Positions 18,472 to 29,000 of a stretch of DNA of 64,000 nucleotides are shown here, piece by piece. Position numbers and translations under genes: made by a program. Within the stretch, counting starts at the first letter, position 1; every line of letters begins with the position of its first letter. The stretch comes from an uncultured Methanosarcinales archaeon. GTDB taxonomy: Archaea; Nanobdellota; Nanobdellia; Woesearchaeales; UBA11576. Where the stretch lies: the NCBI GenBank assembly GCA_964563755.1, contig CAZLYC010000001.1:11548-75547 (forward strand). Direction: 5' to 3'. The notes under the pieces were generated by a model that saw only the letters and a list, made by a program, of their open reading frames with translations, was not told the DNA's origin and did no database searches.

Positions 18472-20358
18472 TCAAACATCCTTTTTCTTCACACCGAAGA
18501 TATAGATATACTGCCAGGCAAGCCCCTGCTTCCTGACAACCTTGACACTAAAACCCGCCTCTTCAAAAACAGATATTATCTTCTTATCATCTTCCAACCA
18601 ATCAATGTTAGGCAGTACATCAAAGAATTTGTCATAATCCATAAAAACAATCCGGCTCCCCTTCAATATCTTCTTGTTCAGACTCTTAAGGAAAGCCAGC
18701 TCCTCAGATATATAGCCTATCATGCCTGCAGAGACAACGACATCTACTTTAGGTATGCCCGGATGAATCTTAGACTGCTCTACCTGGAACAGCTTAACGT
18801 GATTGTGCCCTTCTTTCTTTAAACGTCTCTCAACAATCGCATGCTCATGCGGCGTTATAGATGTTCCATAAACCTTGCCGCTAGGCTTGACTTCCTCTGC
18901 GAGCAACATCGTCAATGTGCCGACACCGCAGCCATACTCTAGAACTGTCTTGTTCTTGACATCACCAAGAAGAGATATTATCTCACGACGCACACTCTTA
19001 GGCATGTCATAACTTTCGAACCATAATGACACCTTGGCCATGAAGTTATTCACTTTACCTATAAATCTTGCATCATAGAACATCTCGAGCAGGCCATAAA
19101 GAGGCAGGCCAAGAAGTATGAGAGACAATGCTGTCCTCAACTTATGAGCAGCACCTTCAGTATGCCAGAGCCAGAAGACAAGCAATGACGAAAATATCAG
19201 AACTATTATTATCGGACCGACCTTCCCGAAAGGCACTGTAAAATGTCGTTTAAGATTCGGCTTAGTGTATCTCAGCACGACGACACTTAGAAGTATGACA
19301 CTATAAAGTATCAAAAGCATAGGAAGAAGCATCTCCAAGATGAGATAATAAGAACCAGCGCCAACAATTATGACAATAGAAGATATCACTGTCTGAAGCA
19401 TTATTGCCTTGTAAGGCGTGCCATATTTAGGATGAATCGCCTCAAAGTTCTTGATGAAAAGATTATCCTCAGCCATTGAAAGTATAAGCCTTGGAGCAGA
19501 GACAACCCAGTCAGCGACCGACCCTATCACTGCCAAGTATACTATTATCGTGAAGAAAGTCAGAGCACCAGGACCAAAATAAAAATTAGCTAGATCAGAC
19601 AAAGGAGCGGTACTCTCGCCGAACTTCTGCCAGCCCATTCCACCCATTGACATGAGAACAAAGAAAAAGGATATTATGCTTATTATTATCGTACCATGCA
19701 CAAGAGCCTTTGGCATCACTTTCTCTCCGTCTTTTACCTCTCCTGCAAGATAAGTCGGAGACTCCCATCCGAAAAAAGTCTCTGCAATGAAAAATATGGC
19801 CAGGAAAATAGCAGGAATGCCTAGTGGCATGAATGGCTCAAGACTGGACTGCGAAAAATGGAACAGACCAGGAATAGCTACGGAAAGAACAGCTATCAAT
19901 GTTATGAAAGAGAAAGCGACAAGCAGATTTGCACTGACCTTCATACCTCTATAAGCAGTGAAGTTGAACATGATGATAAGAATTATTGAAACTATTATGA
20001 CAGGAATCGGCGCATGAAAAGGGAGCAGGTACTTTACAGCACCAATCATCAACATGGCAACTGTGAAGTTTGCGGTTATTATGCTAAGCCAGCCTATCAG
20101 GAAAGAAGCGAAACGGCCATATGCCTGCTTGCTGAACTCATATATTCCTCCAGCTTTAGGAAACATTGAAGTCAGCTCGCCAAAACAAGCAGCAATGTAA
20201 ACCGCCATCAACGAAAGGATTCCCCAAGAGATTAGAGAAGCAGGACCTGCCATCTTGGCACCAAGCGCAGGAAGAAAAAAGATACCTGTGCCCATTATTG
20301 AATTGATTACTATAAGAAGTATGACATGATAGCTTAAAACCCTCTTTAACTCTGCCAT
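18472..20358 (-). CDS. APC-family amino-acid permease fused to a C-terminal class I SAM-dependent methyltransferase domain
   Basis: The N-terminal ~440 aa have about 12 TM helices with the APC signature (GTGIFFLPALGA...FGELTSMFPKAGGIYEF). The C-terminal ~180 aa carry MTase motif I (VLEYGCGVGTLTMLLAEEV) and downstream motifs. Confidence 0.65.
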   Translation of the reverse strand: MAELKRVLSYHVILLIVINSIMGTGIFFLPALGAKMAGPASLISWGILSLMAVYIAACFGELTSMFPKAGGIYEFSKQAYGRFASFLIGWLSIITANFTVAMLMIGAVKYLLPFHAPIPVIIVSIILIIMFNFTAYRGMKVSANLLVAFSFITLIAVLSVAIPGLFHFSQSSLEPFMPLGIPAIFLAIFFIAETFFGWESPTYLAGEVKDGEKVMPKALVHGTIIISIISFFFVLMSMGGMGWQKFGESTAPLSDLANFYFGPGALTFFTIIVYLAVIGSVADWVVSAPRLILSMAEDNLFIKNFEAIHPKYGTPYKAIMLQTVISSIVIIVGAGSYYLILEMLLPMLLILYSVILLSVVVLRYTKPNLKRHFTVPFGKVGPIIIVLIFSSLLVFWLWHTEGAAHKLRTALSLILLGLPLYGLLEMFYDARFIGKVNNFMAKVSLWFESYDMPKSVRREIISLLGDVKNKTVLEYGCGVGTLTMLLAEEVKPSGKVYGTSITPHEHAIVERRLKKEGHNHVKLFQVEQSKIHPGIPKVDVVVSAGMIGYISEELAFLKSLNKKILKGSRIVFMDYDKFFDVLPNIDWLEDDKKIISVFEEAGFSVKVVRKQGLAWQYIYIFGVKKKDV

Positions 20359-20417
20359 AGACGATATCTACTGAAAAAACTATTTAAACGTTTCGTGACT
20401 ATCCTGAAATAAAGAAA

Positions 20418-20520
20418 AGCCCCCGGCGAGAGTTGCACTCGCGACCTTCTGCTTATTGCCCGTCAGTACCACAAAGCAACTGACTCGAGGCAGACACTAT
20501 AGCTACTAAGCCACGGGGGC
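20418..20520 (-). tRNA. Intron-containing tRNA-like gene; isotype ambiguous
   Basis: - Minus-strand read: acceptor GCCCCCG/CGGGGGC, D-stem GCTT/TAGT.
- Anticodon stem TCTGC/GCAGA, separated by 37 nt (7-nt loop plus 30-nt intron).
- 5-nt variable loop AGGTC; T-arm GCGAG-TGCAACT-CTCGC, an atypical T-loop.
- Poly-T follows.
- A canonical 37/38 splice gives anticodon CGA (Ser), which is incompatible with the short variable arm.
- Non-canonical splices give CGU (Thr) or CAU (Met/Ile). Confidence 0.5.
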
Positions 20521-20528
20521 GTTGAAAA

Positions 20529-20675
20529 TCAAATATTCTTCAGGATATCCTCTTTTTTAGGGAACTTCTTCTGGCATTCAGCGCAGACTGTGTGCTTCTT
20601 TCCATTCTCATCCTTAACGTAAGTACCTATTGGCTTTTCAAGGAATGTCTCGTTTATCTTGCCTTTGCAAATCTC
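20529..20675 (-). CDS. Small zinc-ribbon protein (48 aa), not in the supplied track
   Basis: MKCEICKGKINETFLEKPIGTYVKDENGKKHTVCAECQKKFPKKEDILKNI has two CxxC pairs. It ends 9 nt from the 5' end of the tRNA-like gene. Confidence 0.4.
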   Translation of the reverse strand, partial: EICKGKINETFLEKPIGTYVKDENGKKHTVCAECQKKFPKKEDILKNI

Positions 20676-20897
20676 GCATTTCATAGATTCAAAAATAAGG
20701 CGTTAGTATTTAAATTTTAGGGGTTGGCTCAAGAGCAGAAAAGCCAAGATAGTATCATTGCCACGCTCGCTCCAGAATGCGCCAATGACCGTTAAACCAA
20801 GTTCCCATTTTTCTGATGGGCTTATCGCCAGCTCGCTAGGTGGCAATGACGCATAAATACAGTAAAATTATTAAAAAAGCCCTAATTCAAACGTTTT

Positions 20898-22658
20898 ATG
20901 GCAAGGATAGCTATAGTCAAAAGGCAGGAATGCAACCCTACAGGTTGCGGCGGCTACTTGTGCGCAAAGGTCTGCCCGATAAACAGGAAAGGCGAGCAAT
21001 GCATAAAGGAAGCTCTGATAGACCGCAAGGCAGAGATAGATGAAAAACTATGCATAGGCTGCGGAATATGCCCAAACCGGTGCCCATTCGAAGCGATTGA
21101 CATAATCAACCTGCCAGAAGAACTCAAGCAAGAACCAATACATAGATACGGCCAGAATGGATTTGCACTATACTCACTGCCAACACCTATTTTTGGAAAA
21201 GTCGTAGGAGTATTGGGAGTGAATGGCATAGGAAAATCAACAGCAATCAAGATAATAGCCGGTGTCCTTAAGCCAAATCTTGGAAGGATAGGCGGAACTG
21301 ACGCGAGCTACCAGGAACTACTTGAATTCTTCAAAGGGACTGAAGCACAGAAGTTCTTCGAGGACATGCGAGACGGAAAAGTGAAAGCAGCATACAAGCC
21401 TCAATCAGTGGATTTCATATCAAAACAATTCTCAGGAAAGGTACGAGAGCTACTAAAGAAAATAGACCAAAAAGGAATATTCGACAAAATCGTCAAATCA
21501 CTCGACCTGGAAAAGATACTTGATAATGACATAAAAAGCATATCCGGCGGAGAACTGCAAAGAGTGGCAATAGCAGCGACAGTCATGAAAGACGCAAACC
21601 TTTACATCTTCGACGAACCGACATCATACCTGGACATCAAACAGAGGATAATAGTCAGCAAATTCATCAAAGAACTCGCAAATGAACAGACAGCAGTGCT
21701 TGTAATAGAGCACGACCTAATAATACTTGATTACATAACAGACTTGATACACATAATGTACGGCAGAGAAGGGGGATTCGGAGTCGTAAGCCTGCCAAAG
21801 ACCACAAGAATAGGCATAAACATATTCCTCGATGGCTATTTAAGAGAAGAGAACGTGCGTTTCCGGGACTACGAGATAAAATTCGCTTCAAAACCACCAA
21901 TACAGAAAGCAGGAAAAGACATACAATGCACATGGGAAGGAATATCAAAGCAGCTAGGCAAATTCTCGCTTGTCACAGAGCACGGAGAGGTGCACAAGAA
22001 TGATGTCGTCGGAGTTCTTGGAGAGAACGGAACAGGAAAGACAAGCTTCGTCAAGATGCTCGCTGAAGAAATAAAGCCAGACAAAGGCAAGATAGAAGGA
22101 AAAGTCACAGTATCATACAAACCGCAATACCTTGAAGGAAGCGACGAACTCACAATCACCGCACTCGGAGAAGGACTCGAAAAATATGAAGCACAGATAA
22201 TGAGGCCACTCAACATAAAACCGCTTCTTATGAAAAAACTCAACGAACTCAGCGGAGGAGAGCTCCAAAGAGTCGCAATAGCATTATGCCTATCAAAAAA
22301 AGCAGACCTATACCTCATGGACGAACCATCAGCATACCTTGACGTAGAGCAGAGGATAAGAGTATCGAAGATAATCGCGGATGTTATGGAACTAAGAGGG
22401 ACTTCAGCACTGATTGTCGACCACGACCTGCTTTTTATTGATTATTTATCTAAGAAAATCATGGTATTCGAGGGAGAACCTGCAGTGAAAGGAACAGTGA
22501 CCGGGCCATTCGACATGCAGGAAGGCATGAACAGATTCCTGACCGGACTTGACATAACAATGAGACGCGATGAAGAATCACTCCGACCAAGAATAAACAA
22601 GCCAGGAAGCCAGAAAGACAGGCAACAGAAGAGCGAGAATAAGCTATATTATGTATGA
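20898..22658 (+). CDS. abcE1: ABCE1 (RNase L inhibitor/Rli1) ribosome-recycling ATPase
   Basis: N-terminal 4Fe-4S ferredoxin-type Cys clusters (CNPTGCGGYLCAKVCP; CIGCGICPNRCP) followed by two ABC ATPase domains with Walker A and LSGGELQR signatures. 586 aa. Confidence 0.9.
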   Translation: MARIAIVKRQECNPTGCGGYLCAKVCPINRKGEQCIKEALIDRKAEIDEKLCIGCGICPNRCPFEAIDIINLPEELKQEPIHRYGQNGFALYSLPTPIFGKVVGVLGVNGIGKSTAIKIIAGVLKPNLGRIGGTDASYQELLEFFKGTEAQKFFEDMRDGKVKAAYKPQSVDFISKQFSGKVRELLKKIDQKGIFDKIVKSLDLEKILDNDIKSISGGELQRVAIAATVMKDANLYIFDEPTSYLDIKQRIIVSKFIKELANEQTAVLVIEHDLIILDYITDLIHIMYGREGGFGVVSLPKTTRIGINIFLDGYLREENVRFRDYEIKFASKPPIQKAGKDIQCTWEGISKQLGKFSLVTEHGEVHKNDVVGVLGENGTGKTSFVKMLAEEIKPDKGKIEGKVTVSYKPQYLEGSDELTITALGEGLEKYEAQIMRPLNIKPLLMKKLNELSGGELQRVAIALCLSKKADLYLMDEPSAYLDVEQRIRVSKIIADVMELRGTSALIVDHDLLFIDYLSKKIMVFEGEPAVKGTVTGPFDMQEGMNRFLTGLDITMRRDEESLRPRINKPGSQKDRQQKSENKLYYV

Positions 22659-22700
22659 ATATGACTCGTTAGTGCGGTGGCGGTGCCTGTTTAGAATTAA

Positions 22701-23123
22701 TCAATTCTTGTGAAATAACAGGTCTTCTATCTTAAGTTTCTCTGCGTAAGTCAGGTCTTTAGGAATATATGTCTTGTTCCTTTCTTGCTCGTGAGTCGGC
22801 AGCGCTATAGGCTCGCCCCAATCATGATCTGTCTTCCACCTAGGATAGATGTGACCGTGGACATGACGCGTCCAGTTGCAGTTTATCTGCCAGTTTATGA
22901 TATCAGGATGCACAACCTGCTCGATTGCCTTGCCGACCTTAATCCAGGCATCCATAATCGCTGATGCCTCCTCAGGAGATAGCTCTGTCAGATTCTCGGC
23001 ATGACGCTTGAGCATCACTTTAACGTGACCTTTCACGTATGGGGAGCCCCAGACAGCGACAGCATGAGAATTCTCATAAATCTTCTTGTAATGCTTCTCC
23101 CACTCGCAGAACTTGCATTTCAA
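22701..23123 (-). CDS. HIT-like (histidine triad) hydrolase, paralog 1
   Basis: Histidine triad HVHGHIYPR near the C-terminus, N-terminal CxxC, and a GHVKVMLKRH core. Confidence 0.5.
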   Translation of the reverse strand: MKCKFCEWEKHYKKIYENSHAVAVWGSPYVKGHVKVMLKRHAENLTELSPEEASAIMDAWIKVGKAIEQVVHPDIINWQINCNWTRHVHGHIYPRWKTDHDWGEPIALPTHEQERNKTYIPKDLTYAEKLKIEDLLFHKN

Positions 23124-23124
23124 A

Positions 23125-23646
23125 TTACCACAGCTCCTTTGTTATCTTCTTTATCTCATTATTGAATACGGCAAGCTCTTTAGATGTAAGAGGCTTATCC
23201 TTGAATGGCTGGCCCTTAAGAGGAATCACCGGAGGATTGCCCCAGTCAGGGTCTTTCTTGAACCTAGGATAGATGTTCCAATGTATATGATGGTCCCAGT
23301 TGTCAAGATACTCTATATTGAAAAGGTCTGGCTTTATTGCCTTCCCAAGAGCCTTCATCATCAAGATAGTATCATTCATGAACGAATCTATTGTCTCGGT
23401 ATGGAGTTTCAGAAGATCCTCTTCATGGGCCTTAGGCATCACAAGAAGATGCCCCTTATGATGCTGCCTGCCGAACATCACGACAATATGATGGTTCTCA
23501 AAAAGAATATCCTTATTCGCCTTGATCTTTACGCAGAACTTGCACTCAGGATGACGATGAGGGTGCTGATGACTTTTCTTCAGGAACTTAAAACGCTCGC
23601 CTTTATTTTTGATTGCCAAAAAAATCACCTCAGATTCTCCTTCCAA
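23125..23646 (-). CDS. HIT-like (histidine triad) hydrolase, paralog 2
   Basis: HHIHWNIYPR triad and a GHLLVMPKAHEED core. Similar to the adjacent gene, with a 1-nt intergenic gap. Confidence 0.5.
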   Translation of the reverse strand: MEGESEVIFLAIKNKGERFKFLKKSHQHPHRHPECKFCVKIKANKDILFENHHIVVMFGRQHHKGHLLVMPKAHEEDLLKLHTETIDSFMNDTILMMKALGKAIKPDLFNIEYLDNWDHHIHWNIYPRFKKDPDWGNPPVIPLKGQPFKDKPLTSKELAVFNNEIKKITKELW

Positions 23647-24406
23647 AAGAGATGAAACCCGAATGGATTGTGGTCTTTGACTTCGGACGCACCTTTCGCT
23701 TCTCGACTTCCCACTCGCGCTCTATGACTTCAACAGTCTTAAGATGGATGAACTCTTCTCTTGCAGACATAGCATTTACAAAGTCAGCAGTCTGAATGAT
23801 TGTAGGAGAATATGAGACGATAAAACCGCCCTGCTTCAACGATTTTGAAGCAGTATCAAGAGCTTTCCATGGCTCAGGCACGTCAAGACACATCACATCA
23901 GCATTCTTGACATCAACTGGCTCGTAAAGGCTGCCCTTGTTGAAAGAAATATTCTTTATTCCTAAGTTTTCCGCGTTACTCTTCGATACAGCTATGTGTT
24001 CCTGCTCCACATCGAAAGAATGCACCTTCTTGCAGAGCCTCGCAAGCATCAACGCAAGAGCGCCTGAACCAGTGCCTCCTTCTAACACGACGGAATCCGG
24101 TCCTATGCCTGTCTTAGCTATTATGAAACCAATATCCTTTAGGGGAATTATCTGAGGAAGACGCTTAATCCTCCTGTAAGAATCAATAAAATCAGCGTCG
24201 AATATCCTAAATTCCTTGTCCTGATTCGACTTGATAGACCCGGTCTTCTTAAGGTCTGCTTTCTTAAGCATACCATAAGGCGTCGAAAAATCCTTTGAAC
24301 TGTCATCTATGTAGAAGTGCTTCTCCTTGACTATCGTGACCTCCTTGTCAAGATCCTCAAAGTACTGCTTCTTCCCTTTCCTAACAGCTATCTTCGCCTT
24401 ATTCAT
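23630..24406 (-). CDS. trmI: tRNA (adenine-N1)-methyltransferase TrmI (Gcd14 family)
   Basis: SAM motif VLEGGTGSGALALMLA and the TrmI acidic motif DVMCLDVPEPW. Start chosen at MNKAKIAV. Confidence 0.7.
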   Translation of the reverse strand: MNKAKIAVRKGKKQYFEDLDKEVTIVKEKHFYIDDSSKDFSTPYGMLKKADLKKTGSIKSNQDKEFRIFDADFIDSYRRIKRLPQIIPLKDIGFIIAKTGIGPDSVVLEGGTGSGALALMLARLCKKVHSFDVEQEHIAVSKSNAENLGIKNISFNKGSLYEPVDVKNADVMCLDVPEPWKALDTASKSLKQGGFIVSYSPTIIQTADFVNAMSAREEFIHLKTVEVIEREWEVEKRKVRPKSKTTIHSGFISFGRRI

Positions 24407-24416
24407 GGTAAAAGAA

Positions 24417-26000
24417 CTATTTTTTTGCCTTAATCTCACGGAAAATCTCATCCAAGAGTTCCGGAGGCCAGGCCTTATCCATCAAAGCCTTCCTTATCTG
24501 ATTTTCTTTGAAACCCTTCGACATGACATGGAAAATATACTTCTCAAGCAAAAGCTTGCTTGTCTTCGTTATCACGACCGGCTTTTGTCTGGGCTTTGGC
24601 TTTTCTTTAACCTCTTCCTTCTTCTCTAAAACCGGCGCTACTGGCGTATTAAAAACCGGGACAGATTTGGAGGCTTCGGAAGAAGTTTCGGGTAAACCTA
24701 GCTCCAAACCTGTCCTAGTCACAGTAGGGGGTTTTTCCATATGATGCAGCCTAGACCTGTAAAGGGCTATGCTGCCCACAAGGAACATGACGAAAACTGA
24801 CGCAAAGATTATTGTCCAGATATTTATCGGGGACTCTGGAAGCTGTATCTCTTCAGGCGGCGTTGCAGGCGCGACTATCGGTCCTGTCGTTGGAACTGTT
24901 GAACCAGGAGTCACTGCAGGCCTGACATTTGTCGGAGTTGTTACCGGCTGCTCTGTCCTAGGTGTGCGAGCTCTTGCAGGCAACAATGGGAAAGAGAATC
25001 CCTTCTTCTCAGCAAGCTTGAATGTCAGTATAGCAAAATTATTTGAGACATGCATCTCTACAGTTATATCATCGCTGAACAATGATACAAGACCTATATC
25101 CTTAGGAGCGCCCATCAATACATCATAAGTAAGCCCAACTTTTGACTTGAGCTCGACCTCTCCTGCAGCCACATTAGAGACTGTGAAAGGATACTCTGAA
25201 CCCTTGAACTGCACGATTATGCGGTCATTCTCATATACCTGAACAGAAACTCCGTCTGTTGTTGGAGAGACATAGATTGTCTTAGGAGCCATGCCTCCGC
25301 CGCCTCCACCACCGCCTCCACCACCGCCTGACAAGTACTGTGGACCAGATGGGCATGCAGCGCATACATCACCACAATCAGTGCCTGTCTCTTCATAGTT
25401 CTTGGCACCATCAGCGCAATGATCTTCTGTTAAGAAGAATGAACCGAAGCCAGTAATTGAGTTAGTCCTGTAAGTATTGCTGCCTTCTGTATTGAGAGTA
25501 AGAGGTGTTGAGCCACATGATGACGTATTTGTCTTGTTGTTGACAAAATCAAAACCGCATTTGAACAGCGCAGGATGGGCTACGCCAGAGTAATCTACCA
25601 GAGCAGTGTATGAAGCAGACTGCAGCTGAGTTATATTCACTCCGTATGCTCGTACAACTAGGTACCTGAAGTCATTGCCATTATTTCCTACGACTCCACT
25701 ATAATCCTGAGCTCCAAGATTTGTATTCCTTCCTGAAATATTCAGTTCAGGGTAATCATAAGCATTAAGCGAAGACCACGAAAACTTGAATTTACTGTCC
25801 GAGCTACCGAAATCGACATTCCATGTAGTGTTAGGAAGAGTGACATTCACCTGAGCAAGGGCATCAGTCTGTCCTTGCGCCAGGATTTCCCCAGATGCTG
25901 TCTTGTACACATATGTCATGTTCTCAGCAGAAGCAAAAGATGCAAGAGCAACAGCTAAGACGAACAATACAAGGCATTTGCTTAACATATTCTGTCTCAT
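24417..26000 (-). CDS. Secreted, membrane-anchored protein with a Gly12 run and a Pro/Thr-rich linker
   Basis: Signal peptide MLSKCLVLFVLAVALASFASA. The beta-rich ectodomain has N-x-S/T sequons, then GGGGGGGGGGGG, a PT-rich linker, a TM helix (IWTIIFASVFVMFLVGSIALY) and a basic cytoplasmic tail. Its start lies 1 nt from the stop of the 3240-aa gene. Confidence 0.6.
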   Translation of the reverse strand: MRQNMLSKCLVLFVLAVALASFASAENMTYVYKTASGEILAQGQTDALAQVNVTLPNTTWNVDFGSSDSKFKFSWSSLNAYDYPELNISGRNTNLGAQDYSGVVGNNGNDFRYLVVRAYGVNITQLQSASYTALVDYSGVAHPALFKCGFDFVNNKTNTSSCGSTPLTLNTEGSNTYRTNSITGFGSFFLTEDHCADGAKNYEETGTDCGDVCAACPSGPQYLSGGGGGGGGGGGGMAPKTIYVSPTTDGVSVQVYENDRIIVQFKGSEYPFTVSNVAAGEVELKSKVGLTYDVLMGAPKDIGLVSLFSDDITVEMHVSNNFAILTFKLAEKKGFSFPLLPARARTPRTEQPVTTPTNVRPAVTPGSTVPTTGPIVAPATPPEEIQLPESPINIWTIIFASVFVMFLVGSIALYRSRLHHMEKPPTVTRTGLELGLPETSSEASKSVPVFNTPVAPVLEKKEEVKEKPKPRQKPVVITKTSKLLLEKYIFHVMSKGFKENQIRKALMDKAWPPELLDEIFREIKAKK

Positions 26001-26001
26001 T

Positions 26002-29000
26002 TTATTCCATGTTCAATGTCTGGTTTATCGCTGGATATACTGTAAATACATTCGAAGCATGATAGTTAGTCAATATGTCCGCATTCGTGTTGTTCAGCAA
26101 AGTTATGAACACATCATACCTACCGAAATTGGTTGTCGATATGGCTGTCAGGTTCCTTGTAAAGCTGTTTGTGCTGTTTATCATGTCAGTGAAATCTGCA
26201 GTAGTGAAAGTATGCACGTCAGAACCTGAGTTATTGATTCTTAGGTCTAATGTATCCCAAGGCGTGGAAGAGAATACCTCCAATGTCAGATTGACCTTGT
26301 TGCCATCGATAAGCACGCTAGGCACTGCTCTCACGTTCACTATCTGTATGCCTGAAGACTTTGCAGTAAAGACTATTGCTGTACTGTTTGCGTTAATAGT
26401 ATCTGGAAGATCTGTGCACGAAACATTGACTCTATATGAGACATCATTGATAAGATTAGTAAGAATAACAGTATGTGTTGTGCCTGATGAGAATGTTGTA
26501 ACGCCTACTGATGATACATTAGGCACGAAAGAGCACGTGGCAGATTCGTGCGTCGTCACATTGACAGAGCCATTGCCGCCTGATATTATCATGTAAGGTA
26601 TTGTCGGATAGACAACAGTAATCTGCGGGCCAAGGTTATCTATAGTGAAGTTACCCTCGTATACATGCTGAGACGTATCCATACCATCGCTGACATTAAG
26701 CCTCAGAGTTATGTTAACTTCTGAATCTATGAATAATATCGATGAGTTCCATGAATAAGAGGTATTCTGCTGCAAGGTTGCATAATCAACAAGCTGGTTC
26801 CATGTCGTCCCATCTGTCGAATAAGACAGATAATAAGTCAATGCCTGATTCTCATTCGCCTTGTCAGATGCAGCAATCCATGAAACAGGGAAAGTCCCTT
26901 TCTTTCTCGCACCTATCGGTGGAGCTGTGAAGTTGCCGACAACAGGCGCGTCATTGACACTCGCTATATCCACTGTCGCATTAAGCTTGGTCTGCACTGT
27001 CGTATCATTCACCTTGAATGTGATATTATACACACCAAACTGGTCGGCCTTAAGCGTGAAGTTGAACTTGCCTGCAGCAAGGTCGTATTGCGTAAGATTA
27101 AAGACGGCGATGTTATAGTCAGGCAGCGTCCAGGATAGAGTATCTCCATCCACATCAGTGGCTGACAAGCTGTATTCTATTGTCGTCAGGTTATCCTCTG
27201 AAGTGTAAACTGCAGGAACAGCAGAGATGACAGGGGCATCATTGACCGATATCACAACAAGAGTGACTGCGTTAGAATGGTTCATCTTCCCATAACTATC
27301 AGTAGCGTTGAAATACACTGTAACGTTGCCGTTGAAATCGCCTGTAGCTGTGATGTTTTGTATCTTTCCTGTCGTTGAATTCACATCTATTGCCACAGAT
27401 GAGCTGTTATCTGTCGCGCTGAAAGTAAGATTATCAAGATAACCCCAGACAGAGTCCTCGTCATTCACATCACTGAAATAAGATGATATATTAGGCAATA
27501 ATGCGCTTGAATTATAGCTATCTTCCTTGACATAAATCATAGGTATTGTACCTTCGAAATCAGGAGCATTCGATTCAACAAAAACGCTCAACAGAGTTGT
27601 CGTGTTGACCCTGTCAAGGCCGTCTCTTGCTGTAGATGTCCAGTAGAAAGAACTGTTTATGTAAGATCTGATATCAATGGATGAAGATACATAACGACCT
27701 CCAGACAAGGTCATGTTCTCCTTGATGCTTGTGATATTTGACTTATTCCAGTTATCATACGTCACATTAATTTCACGTATAGTTATATCTGTCCAGTTTA
27801 TGGACAATACAATGTTCTGGCTAGCGAATATTGTTGTAGGAGACGCATTGTACCAGAAAGGCGCATTGCGGTCTACATAGAATGTCCTGTTCTGGCTATT
27901 CGGACCATCAGGGTTAGTGCCATTGAACTGGGCCACATACTTCCCATCAGGCCAGGTGACAACAGATATAGGATCGGGATAGATATGAGTAGTCACGGAC
28001 GTATTGACCTGCGAACGAGAAGACCTCGATGTAGTCGTTGGCAGAGGTCCAGATATCCTGATATTTGACGTCAAGACATTGAATGCGGTGAATGTGGAGT
28101 TTACCGAGTTGATGAACGCAGTGACATCAGTTATTATCTCCTCACTGCCTGTTCCAAAAATAAACCAAGCAGTATCATTGTCCACAGTGAACATCGAAGA
28201 TGCTGAATTAAGATTATACAGACTGTCTCTTGCATAAACCAATACTGTGAAGTTAGATACATTAACATCCTGGAAATCAAGAACGCTTGACGTCATCCAG
28301 ACATTTCCTGACTGCACAAGAGTTCCAGAATACTTCCTGGTTCCATTAGAGTAAGATATAGAATAATTTGCGTATGTGACCGCAGAATAGCCTCTGTTGT
28401 CATCTATCTTCGCGTAAAGCCTGAACTGGCCTGCAACTATCGATTCATTGCCTGGAGAGACTATGCTGATTTCAGGCGGAGTATTATCTATTGTGAACGA
28501 AGCATAATCATTAGAGCCATAGTCAGCGAACACACATGAATTGTTCACGAAGCTGTTATCACACGCCTGCAATCTCCAGTAATATACGCCATCCTGTGAT
28601 AAGCTTGAATTTATCCAAAATATGACATAAGGATAGAATGCATTGTACTCGAACAGATACCTTCCGGGCATGTACTCGTTTCGGAATGCATAGAATACAT
28701 CCTGTCCGTCATCAAATGCCAAGAGGTCATTGTGGATGTCAGGATCCATGCCCTGATGAATTCCAATAGTTGAGCTTGAAGGGCCAAGCAAGTCTACAAC
28801 AGTTATGTTTCCTGAAGTATTTCTATACACAAGCAGACCATCACTCATAGTCCCCTGAGTCCCGGAGAAACTAGATACACTAGCTGAACCATTCCTCAAA
28901 TCCCTGACATGTATTCCTGTAGAGTTCTCGTTTAGCAGGAAATAACCCCACATCCTGCCTATGCCATCAAGACCTGTAGCGAACGCGCTTCGGTTAGATA

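Noticed and set aside
20418-20520. tRNA-Ser(CGA) call from a canonical 37/38 splice
   Set aside because: The body has a 5-nt variable loop (class I), whereas archaeal tRNA-Ser requires a long variable arm. A shifted intron giving CGU or CAU fits better.
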